DNA of 64,000 nucleotides. Origin: Eledone cirrhosa (lineage: Eukaryota). The notes beneath the pieces were generated by a model, which saw only the letters and a list, made by a program, of their open reading frames with translations, was not told the DNA's origin and ran no database searches. The stretch lies in the NCBI GenBank assembly GCA_964016885.1, contig OZ024740.1, forward strand, positions 341,930,001 to 341,994,000, read 5' to 3'. Below are positions 29,979 through 47,097 of the stretch, piece by piece. Within the stretch, counting starts at the first letter, position 1; each line of letters starts with the position of its first letter. Made by a program: the position numbers and the translations under genes.

Positions 29979-30205
29979 GTTTGTTTACAAACGAACAAAG
30001 CGACGTTAGCGCCGCTAAACTGATACGTGCATATATGTATGTGTACCTGTATGCATATGTATATATATATGTATATATATATATATATATGTGCATGCTA
30101 CTGTACGTCTGTATACATATATGTATGTACGTATACATGCATACTTACATTTAAGTAAGTGCCATACTAAGAGTGAGAAATGAAATTTCGTTTTCATTTT
30201 GTTTC
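29979..30205 (+). repeat. Inverted partial copy (~227 bp) of the 468-bp unit
   Basis: Reverse complement of unit sequence corresponding to about 29535-29763; junction cgGT|ttgtttac shows GT microhomology. Confidence 0.95.
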
Positions 30206-31738
<1,533 letters not shown>

Positions 31739-31740
31739 TT

Positions 31741-32092
31741 GGAGGCACATGGCTTAGTTGTTAGAGCATTAGCCTTGCAATCGAAAGGTTGTGAGTTCAA
31801 TTCTCAGACCTGGTGATGTGTTGTTTCCTTGAGCAAGACACTTTATTTCACATTGTTCCAGTTTACTCAGCTGTAGAAATGAGATGATAGGGACTGGGGT
31901 CCATATCATTCCACTGCAAAGTGGTCGTGGAGGTGCCACGGCAAAAAAAGCACCCAGCACTCACTGTAAATGAGGTTGGTGTTAGGAAGGGCATCCAGCT
32001 GTAGAAATTTAGCCAGAATCAGTTCCCGTCCCACCCTTGCAAGCAGGGAAAAAGCAGACGTAAAATGAAATGATGATGATGATGATGATGAT
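31741..32092 (+). mobile_element. Full-length tRNA-derived SINE with RTE-derived body and 3' tail
   Basis: A box TGGCTTAGTTG, B box GAGTTCAATTC, CORE/V-like segment, then the family-B UTR module and the family-C 3' end (cccgtcccacccttgc..(GAT)n). Confidence 0.88.
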
Positions 32093-32248
32093 ATATATAC
32101 ATATAAAAAAAAACATATATATATACATATATATATATACATATATATACATATATGTATATATATATATGTATATATATATATGTATATCTATATATAT
32201 ATATACATATATATATATACATATATATATATACATATATATATATAC

Positions 32249-32299
<51 letters not shown>

Positions 32300-32409
32300 C
32301 GTATATATATATATACATATATATATATATACGTATACATATATATACATATATATATATATACGTATACATATATATACATATACATACTATATATTAT
32401 ATATATACG

Positions 32410-32441
<32 letters not shown>

Positions 32442-32736
32442 CGTATACATATATATACATATACATATATATATATACATATACATATATATACATAACA
32501 TATACATATTTATATACTATATATACATATATATATATACATATACATATATATATACATATACATATATATATACATATATTATATATACATATACATA
32601 TATATACATATATATATTATATAATATATATATACATATATATACATATATATATATACATATATACATACATATATATATACATATATACATATACATA
32701 TACATATATATATATACATATATATATATTATATAC

Positions 32737-32807
<71 letters not shown>

Positions 32808-33171
32808 CATATATACATACATATATATGTATATATATACCATAATATATATATATACATATATACATACATATATATATATATACATATATATATACAT
32901 ATATATATATATACATATATATATACATATATATATACATACATATATATATATGTATATATATATATGTATATCTATATATATATACATATATATATAG
33001 TTTTAATATAGATGAGATTCTACAGGACTAGAACTGTTTCATTCATTAGAAATCATCTGCTATGTATTGAGTACCTTACTTACTGTGGTTACCTCCGATT
33101 CAACCCGGAATAACGTATATACATATATATATATATATACATATATATATGTATATATATATACGTATATC

Positions 33172-33219
<48 letters not shown>

Positions 33220-33301
33220 TATATGTATATACATATATATATATATATACATATATATATGTATATACATATATATATATAACATATATATATATATAAA
33301 C

Positions 33302-33350
<49 letters not shown>

Positions 33351-33380
33351 CATATATATATACATATGTATATATATACA

Positions 33381-33420
<40 letters not shown>

Positions 33421-33525
33421 CATATATATGTATATATATACATATATATATATACATATATACATACATATATTTGTATATATATACATATATATATATA
33501 CATACATATATATGTATATATATAC

Positions 33526-33572
<47 letters not shown>

Positions 33573-33612
33573 TATATACATATATATATACATATATATA
33601 TATACATACATA

Positions 33613-33648
<36 letters not shown>

Positions 33649-33657
33649 CATATATAC

Positions 33658-33688
<31 letters not shown>

Positions 33689-33749
33689 CATACATATATA
33701 TATATACATACATATATATATATACATATATATACATATATATATATAC

Positions 33750-33796
<47 letters not shown>

Positions 33797-34015
33797 CATA
33801 TATATATATAGATACATATATATATATATACATATATATATAGATACATATATATATATATACATATATATATAGATACATATATATATATATACATATA
33901 TATATAGATACATATATATATATATATACATATATATATAGATACACATATATATATACATATATATAGATATATGTATATCTATATATATATACACATA
34001 TATATATATATATAC

Positions 34016-34048
<33 letters not shown>

Positions 34049-34189
34049 CATACATATATATATATCTATATATATATATATACATATATATATATCTATA
34101 TATATATATATACATATATATATATCTATATATATATATATATACATACATATATCTATATATATATACACATATATATATATATATAT
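32093..34189. repeat. (TA)n tract with a ~115-bp unique island at 33000-33115
   Basis: Direct inspection. Confidence 0.95.
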
Positions 34190-36505
34190 ATGTCATCTCT
34201 CCTGTCCATCCGTTTGACGCTATGGATTTCCACAATGCAAACTGGGAAGCGATCAGTCATGATCTTGCACATGTCGACTGGTCCTTCACGCACACTCATA
34301 CACCCACTAACATCAAAAAGTCCTGGCAGACATTTGTGGACACTGTTACAAACATATGTGCTAAACACACCCCATTAAGAAATATAAACAAATCTAAGAG
34401 CAGAATCCCTAGAAATAGAAAAACGCTCATCAGAAAAATTAAGAGAACGAACAAAAAAATCAAGAAGCTGAAATACTGTCAGCAGCAACACATCAACTTG
34501 ACTGCCATTTCATCACTAGAGATTAAAAAACATAACCTCCAAAACAACATAATGTCCCTCATCAACAATCAGAGAAGAGCTGAAGAGGCCTGGGCCATTG
34601 AGAAGATCAAACTCAATCCCAAAGTGTTCTTTTCATTTGCAAAAAAACACAAAATCACTGGCTCTACTGTTGGCCCTCTAATTGATGAAAATGGCACTCT
34701 TCAAGACAATGCTAAAACCATGGGTGAGATACTGCAGAAACAATACTGCTCTGTTTTCAGCAATCCTGATATGGCCGATCTGGGCTGTATCGGCGATGTT
34801 ACTCCCCATTGCACCTTATCGGACATAACGTTTGGCGCCCCTGATGCCTTGGCGGCAATAAAGGAAATCAAGCATAATTCAGCAGTAGGTCCCGATAGGT
34901 TCCCTGCTTGTGTCTTGAAGGCGTGTCAACACCAACTTGCATCTCCTCTTGCCAATCTGTGGCGGAACTCACTGGATGCTGGATATGTGCCAGAAAACCT
35001 TCTATCCAGTCTGTTGTCCCAGTTTTCAAAAGGGAAACAAATCCCTTGCCGTGAATTACTGTCCAATCTCACTCACCTCTCATATCATTAAGGTATTTGA
35101 GCGAGTGGTGAGATTGCGAATGACCCACTTCCTTGAGAGTAACAATATGCTGAACTCCAACCAGCATGGATTCCGTAATGGAAGGGATTGCCTGACGCAG
35201 CTACTGCATCACTTTGATGACATTTTGAGAGCCTTGGGAGAGGGTTCCAACACTGATGTTATCTACCTTGATTTCAGCAAGGCCTTTGACAGGGTTGATC
35301 ATAACATTCTACTGAGAAAGCTGTCCAATATTGGTGTCACTGGAAAGCTGCTGCAGTGGATCAAGAGCTTCCTGTCAAACAGAACCCAACATGTTGTAGT
35401 TGAGGGAGTCAAATCAAGCCCAGCCAAAGTCAGTAGTGGGGTCCCACAAGGCACTGTGTTGGGCCCACTTCTCTTCATCATCTATATTAATGACATCACT
35501 GACATCATCAAACACAGCAACATTAAAATTTTCGCTGATGATTCCAAGCTCCAAAAGGTCATCAATGGCGTGGATGACCGGATAAGCCTTCAGTCAGACC
35601 TACTGGCTGTTACCCAATGGGCAGAAAAGAACAACATGTTACTGAACGAAGACAAATTCGAACTGATCCACTTTGGAAAAGAGGATGTTCTGAAACTCCC
35701 GTACTCCCTTCCCTCCGGGGAAACTCTCGTGGCATCTAACAACATCAGAGACTTGGGAGTAACCGTGGACAGCAACATAAGCTGGACCACGCATATAAGC
35801 AGCAAAGTTGACATGGCCCGCAGAATGTGTTCCTGGATTCTCAGAACCTTCCAGTCGAGAGATTCCCGCACCATTATCCTTCTCTTCTCTACTTTCGCCC
35901 GACCACACCTTGAATACTGTTGTCCACTGTGGTCTCCCCACACGAAACAAAGTATCATGAAACTTGAAGCTCCTCAAAGGGCAATCACGAAAAAGATAGA
36001 TGGCATGTCAGACCTTGACTACTGGGGTCGATTAGAAAACCTGAAACTTTACTCACTCCAACGTCGCCGTGAGCGTTATATTATCTGCATGATGTGGAAA
36101 ATGTTCCATCATCACTGCCCAAATGATGTTGGCATCGCCTTCAAGATACACCCAAGGCTTGGGCCCCGTGCTATCCGTCCCATTCAAAAATCTAAATCGC
36201 AACTGATAACAACAATACGGCACAATTATTTCACCTCAATCGGCCCTGCTCTCTTCAACATCACACCAGGACACGTCAAAACAGAAACTGACCACACAAA
36301 ATTCAAGAAGTCTTTGGACAAATTCCTCCAAGTAATCCCGGACAAACCACCCACACCCGGATATGTCTCCGCAAACAGTAATTCTCTTCTCGAATGGGCC
36401 ATGGTGCCCAAATCCTGAATTGAAAGACTTCGCCAGGTGGTGCTATTAAGTTAGACATGGCCTGGGCCAATACTGGCCAAAACATTTCAAAGTTATTCAA
36501 AGTTA
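34190..36505 (+). mobile_element. 5'-truncated CR1-group LINE; ORF2 split by two 1-bp homopolymer deletions near 35005-35030
   Basis: ORFs 34222-35091 and 34937-36418 together reproduce the C-terminal ~730 aa of 43960-46980; 3' end ttcaaagttattcaaagtta(TA)n. Confidence 0.95.
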
Positions 36506-36578
36506 TATATACATATATATATACATATATATATACATATATATATATATATACATATATATATACATATATATATAC

Positions 36579-36609
<31 letters not shown>

Positions 36610-36768
36610 CATATATACATACATATATATGTATATATATACATATATATATATACATACATATATATATATACATATATATATATACATACATATATAT
36701 ATATACATATACATATATATACATACATTTATATATATATACATACATATATATATATATATACATAC

Positions 36769-36799
<31 letters not shown>

Positions 36800-36920
36800 C
36801 ATACATATATATATATATACATACATATATATATATATACATACATATATATATATATATATACATACATATATATATATATACATATACATATATATAT
36901 ATATATACATATATATATAC

Positions 36921-36951
<31 letters not shown>

Positions 36952-37067
36952 CATATATATATATATACATATATATATACATATATACATATATATATAT
37001 ATGTATATCTATATATATATAATTAAGTTAAAAGTGTACATCTACATATGTATACTGAAATACTAGT

Positions 37068-37478
37068 CATCATCATCATCAACGTTTAACGTCCCGTGTT
37101 CCACGCTTGCATGGGTTTGGATGGGGGTAGTCCCACTTGAGGCAAGAGTGATTGTCTTGCTCGCATAGGACTGTGTGGCAGGTTTTCTACAGTTGGATGC
37201 CCTTCCTAACACCAACCACATTTACAGTGTGGGTCTGGGAGGTTTTTACCGTGTTGCCTACACGGCCACATTACAGCGTGGACTGTGTGTTTTTTTGTCG
37301 TGACACCTACACGATCTCATTTGTTTCGGCCTGGATGGTGTGGCACCAACACAACTTTACATAGAACGGGGTGGTGTGGATGGGGTGGGGGTGGGGGTGG
37401 TGGGACGGGGTGTATTTTGTTAGAGATGGCCACTGGCTGGAGTAGGTTTTACTATATATATTTAGGTAAGGCGGGTCT
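37068..37478 (-). mobile_element. RTE family A, 3' UTR-only copy
   Basis: Reverse complement of about 19388-19800. Confidence 0.92.
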
Positions 37479-41913
<4,435 letters not shown>

Positions 41914-42113
41914 NNNNNNNNNNNNNNNNNNNNNNNNNNNNNNNNNNNNNNNNNNNNNNNNNNNNNNNNNNNNNNNNNNNNNNNNNNNNNNNNNNNNNNN
42001 NNNNNNNNNNNNNNNNNNNNNNNNNNNNNNNNNNNNNNNNNNNNNNNNNNNNNNNNNNNNNNNNNNNNNNNNNNNNNNNNNNNNNNNNNNNNNNNNNNNN
42101 NNNNNNNNNNNNN
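41914..42113. other. Scaffold gap (200 N)
   Basis: Run of exactly 200 N; true distance and orientation across the gap are unknown. Confidence 0.99.
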
Positions 42114-42364
42114 CTCCTCTTCCTTTCACCTTTCCCTCTTTTCACCTCTCTCTTCTCTCCTCCTCTCCCTATCGGCTGCTACTCTCACCTCTCCCTTCTC
42201 TCCTCCGCCCTTCTTCTACTCCCACCACCCTCCAATTCCTCACCCTATCGTCTGCTACTACCTTTTCTCTCCCTCCACCCCCTTCGCCAATCTTCTGCCA
42301 CTCCCACCTTCCTCTTCTCTCCTTTTCCTCAGTCCCCTATCGTCTGCTACTCCCAGTATCATCC

Positions 42365-42401
<37 letters not shown>

Positions 42402-42660
42402 TTTCTACAGTTGGTAATTAATCTCCAGGGCATTCCATTTATTTTTTTATTTCAATACTTTGTTTTATTTTTGTTTTATTTTCATTTTTCATCGTTTATT
42501 TATTTATTTATTCTTTTATTTTATTGGCTCTATTTATAAAAATGTTATTACCATCTTCCTCCTTTCCACTTGTTCTTATCCCTTGGCTTCTTCTCTCGAC
42601 CACACGCGCGTGTGTGAATGTATGTGTGTATGTGTGTGTGTATGTATAGACATATGTCTG

Positions 42661-42697
<37 letters not shown>

Positions 42698-42701
<4 letters not shown>

Positions 42702-42910
42702 GTTTGTATTTGTAAAGCCAAAACAATGCAGGTATGGACATAGAATATAAATGCAAATGCACAAGATATTGTTGACAATTAGTCTTTTACCTTAAATTTA
42801 TTTAAATGTCCTTCATTTTCGAGATAATATTTCTTCTTCGGAGGGAATTAAAGCGATTAAACCAGTGTTCTAAATTGCTTGCCAAGTGATTTGGCAAGCA
42901 ATTTAGAACA
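42698..42910 (-). mobile_element. Small Penelope-type remnant with terminal perfect hairpin
   Basis: 20-bp perfect inverted repeat at 42866-42910; degenerate hammerhead-like CCGAAGA..GAAA at 42809-42845; flanked by (TA)n. Confidence 0.45.
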
Positions 42911-43875
<965 letters not shown>

Positions 43876-43959
43876 CTTTGAATAACTTTGAAATGTTTTG
43901 GCCAGTATTGGCCCAGGCCATGTCTAACTTAATAGCACCACCTGGCGAAGACTTTCAAT

Positions 43960-46900
43960 TCAGGATTTGGGCACCATGGCCCATTCGAGAAGAGAATTAC
44001 TGTTTGCGGAGACATATCCGGGTGTGGGTGGTTTGTCCGGGATTACTTGGAGGAATTTGTCCAAAGACTTCTTGAATTTTGTGTGGTCAGTTTCTGTTTT
44101 GACGTGTCCTGGTGTGATGTTGAAGAGAGCAGGGCCGATTGAGGTGAAATAATTGTGCCGTATTGTTGTTATGAGTTGCGATTTAGATTTTTGAATGGGA
44201 CGGATAGCACGGGGCCCAAGCCTTGGGTGTATCTTGAAGGCGATGCCAACATCATTTGGGCAGTGATGATGGAACATTTTCCACATCATGCAGATAATAT
44301 AACGCTCACGGCGACGTTGGAGTGAGTAAAGTTTCAGGTTTTCCAATCGACCCCAGTAGTCAAGGTCTGACATGCCATCTATCTTTTTCGTGATTGCCCT
44401 TTGAGGAGCTTCAAGTTTCATGATACTTTGTTTCGTGTGGGGAGACCACAGTGGACAACAGTATTCAAGGTGTGGTCGGGCGAAAGTAGAGAAGAGAAGG
44501 ATAATGGTGCGGGAATCTCTCGACTGGAAGGTTCTGAGGATCCAGGAACACATTCTGCGGGCCATGTCAACTTTGCTGCTTATATGCGTGGTCCAGCTTA
44601 TGTTGCTGTCCACGGTTACTCCCAAGTCTCTGATGTTGTTAGATGCCACGAGAGTTTCCCCGGAGGGAAGGGAGTACGGGAGTTTCAGAGCATCCTCTTT
44701 TCCAAAGTGGATCAGTTCGAATTTGTCTTCGTTCAGTAACATGTTGTTCTTTTCTGCCCATTGGGTAACAGCCAGTAGGTCTGACTGAAGGCTTATCCGG
44801 TCATCCACGCCATTGATGACCTTTTGGAGCTTGGAATCATCAGCGAAAATTTTAATGTTGCTGTGTTTGATGATGTCAGTGATGTCATTAATATAGATGA
44901 TGAAGAGAAGTGGGCCCAACACAGTGCCTTGTGGGACTCCACTACTGACTTTGGCTGGGCTTGATTTGACTCCCTCAACTACAACATGTTGGGTTCTGTT
45001 TGACAGGAAGCTCTTGATCCACTGCAGCAGCTTTCCAGTGACACCAATATTGGACAGCTTTCTCAGTAGAATGTTATGATCAACCCTGTCAAAGGCCTTG
45101 CTGAAATCAAGGTAGATAACATCAGTGTTGGAACCCTCTCCCAAGGCTCTCAAAATGTCATCAAAGTGATGCAGTAGTTGCGTCAGGCAATCCCTTCCAT
45201 TACGGAATCCATGCTGGTTGGAGTTCAGCATATTGTTACTCTCAAGGAAGTGGGTCATTCGCGATCTCACCACTCGCTCAAATACCTTAATGATATGAGA
45301 GGTGAGTGAGATTGGACGGTAATTCACGGCAAGGGATTTGTTTCCCTTTTTGAAAACTGGGACAACAGACTGGGATAGAAGGTTTTCTGGCACATATCCA
45401 GCATCCAGTGAGTTCCGCCACAGATTGGCAAGAGGAGAAGCAAGTTGGTGTTGACACGCCTTCAAGACACAAGCAGGGAACCTATCGGGACCTACTGCTG
45501 AATTATGCTTGATTTCCTTTATTGCCGCCAAGACATCAGGGGCGCCAAACGTTATGTCCGATAAGGTGTAATGGGGAGTAACATCGCCGATACAGCCCAG
45601 ATCGGCCATATCAGGATTGCTGAAAACAGAGCAGTATTGTTTCTGCAGTATCTCACCCATGGTTTTAGCATTGTCTTGAAGAGTGCCATTTTCATCAATT
45701 AGAGGGCCAACAGTAGAGCCAGTGATTTTGTGTTTTTTTGCAAATGAAAAGAACACTTTGGGATTGAGTTTGATCTTCTCAATGGCCCAGGCCTCTTCAG
45801 CTCTTCTCTGATTGTTGATGAGGGACATTATGTTGTTTTGGAGGTTATGTTTTTTAATCTCTAGTGATGAAATGGCAGTCAAGTTGATGTGTTGCTGCTG
45901 ACAGTATTTCAGATTGTTGATTTTTTTGTTCGTTCTCTTAATTTTTCTGATGAGCGTTTTTCTATTTCTAGGGATTCTGCTCTTAGATTTGTTTATAGTT
46001 CTTAATGGGGTGTGTTTAGCACATATGTTTGTAACAGTGTCCACAAATGTCTGCCAGGACTTTTTGATGTTAGTGGGTGTATGAGTGTGCGTGAAGGACC
46101 AGTCGACATGTGCAAGATCATGACTGATCGCTTCCCAGTTTGCATTGTGGAAATCCATAGCGTCAAACGGATGGACAGGAGAAATGACATTGGGTTTGTA
46201 TATTGGACGGTGGAATCTCAGATCACAGAGAACCATGTCATGATCAGAGAGTAGAGTTTTCTCCACTGCAATATTGTGGATATTGTCAGTGTGATTGCTG
46301 AAAATTAAGTCTAGGACGTTTTTGTGGCACCTCGTTGGTTCGAGCACTAGTTGGGATAGGAAGAAATCATCCATGAAGTCAAGAAGCGATTCCACAGCTT
46401 CCCTGTCAGAGGTTGAGGCAGAAGAACCTGGTGGCAGGGTGTTTGTGGACCAGTCAACTCCGGGGAGGTTGAAGTCCCCCATCATTAAGATGTTGTCAGG
46501 GTGACACTCTTGGATGAAACACTTTATGCTGTTGAGGCATTCCTTGAAGCATGGTACAGGCGTTTGGGGTGGCCTATAGAGCCCAACTACTAATAGGTTG
46601 TTGGTTTGACTGAATACAGTGACTGCCTCACAGTATCCATTAGTGAATATGTTCATAGCCTCTGTTGAGAAAGAATTATGGACATAAATGGCAGTTCCGC
46701 CCTTTCTTCTGCCAGCGCGATCAGCACGGATGGCTTTGAAATTTTTCACTTTCACCTCGGCTTCCAAGTGGAGGTTACTGAGATGGGTTTCAGTGAGGAC
46801 GAAGAAAGGGATGTGGTTTGGATGGACATCAATCCAGTCCTCCAGGAATTTGATCTTCCATTTTTGAGTATTGGTGGAAGGGTTGATGCCTTGGGCGTTA

Positions 46901-47097
46901 AGCAAAAATGTAGAGGCGAGAGTGGATGGTTTTAATTGTTTTGGTGTGTTGTTAATTTGTTTGTTTGTTAATGGCAGCAATGGGAGTTTGTGCAGTGGGG
47001 TGATAGTGGAGGGTGGTGCTGGGTGATAGCTCGAATGTTTTTTTCCAGTTCTTTTGCCAGATTCATTATGGCTAAAAAAGAGGAAGAAGTTTCCTGT
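43960..47097 (-). CDS. ORF2: APE endonuclease and reverse transcriptase (frame open from 47097; no AUG before the APE domain)
   Basis: LLNAQGI, LTETHL, DR..RKGGTAIYV, LYRPP, GDFN, PTR..NVLDL, SDH; NYRPISL, QHGF, DFSKAFD, GVPQG, FADD, DLG, RPHLEY. Confidence 0.95.
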   Translation of the reverse strand, partial: TGNFFLFFSHNESGKRTGKKHSSYHPAPPSTITPLHKLPLLPLTNKQINNTPKQLKPSTLASTFLLNAQGINPSTNTQKWKIKFLEDWIDVHPNHIPFFVLTETHLSNLHLEAEVKVKNFKAIRADRAGRRKGGTAIYVHNSFSTEAMNIFTNGYCEAVTVFSQTNNLLVVGLYRPPQTPVPCFKECLNSIKCFIQECHPDNILMMGDFNLPGVDWSTNTLPPGSSASTSDREAVESLLDFMDDFFLSQLVLEPTRCHKNVLDLIFSNHTDNIHNIAVEKTLLSDHDMVLCDLRFHRPIYKPNVISPVHPFDAMDFHNANWEAISHDLAHVDWSFTHTHTPTNIKKSWQTFVDTVTNICAKHTPLRTINKSKSRIPRNRKTLIRKIKRTNKKINNLKYCQQQHINLTAISSLEIKKHNLQNNIMSLINNQRRAEEAWAIEKIKLNPKVFFSFAKKHKITGSTVGPLIDENGTLQDNAKTMGEILQKQYCSVFSNPDMADLGCIGDVTPHYTLSDITFGAPDVLAAIKEIKHNSAVGPDRFPACVLKACQHQLASPLANLWRNSLDAGYVPENLLSQSVVPVFKKGNKSLAVNYRPISLTSHIIKVFERVVRSRMTHFLESNNMLNSNQHGFRNGRDCLTQLLHHFDDILRALGEGSNTDVIYLDFSKAFDRVDHNILLRKLSNIGVTGKLLQWIKSFLSNRTQHVVVEGVKSSPAKVSSGVPQGTVLGPLLFIIYINDITDIIKHSNIKIFADDSKLQKVINGVDDRISLQSDLLAVTQWAEKNNMLLNEDKFELIHFGKEDALKLPYSLPSGETLVASNNIRDLGVTVDSNISWTTHISSKVDMARRMCSWILRTFQSRDSRTIILLFSTFARPHLEYCCPLWSPHTKQSIMKLEAPQRAITKKIDGMSDLDYWGRLENLKLYSLQRRRERYIICMMWKMFHHHCPNDVGIAFKIHPRLGPRAIRPIQKSKSQLITTIRHNYFTSIGPALFNITPGHVKTETDHTKFKKSLDKFLQVIPDKPPTPGYVSANSNSLLEWAMVPKS

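Larger units (their letters stand above)
24441..29980 (-). mobile_element. 468-bp tandem array (11 full units plus one ~390-bp partial), hammerhead-bearing, non-LTR retrozyme-like
   Basis: Unit starts at 24441, 24909, 25377, 25845, 26313, 26781, 27249, 27717, ~28183, ~28652, ~29122, ~29590; differences seen are only 1-2-bp indels; one hammerhead per unit. Confidence 0.88.

Noticed and set aside
24453-30197. Repeated 60-74 aa ORFs in the 468-bp array, and a CRISPR-like or tandem-gene appearance
   Set aside because: Units are identical with no unique spacers; the ORFs have no recognisable motifs and are broken by indels in some units; no 5S, tRNA, U snRNA or spliced-leader sequence recognised
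31741-31815. tRNA gene
   Set aside because: Continues directly into a SINE body; imperfect cloverleaf
35000-35040. Frame change in the CR1 copy as programmed frameshifting
   Set aside because: Two 1-bp homopolymer deletions relative to the intact copies; mutation or sequencing error
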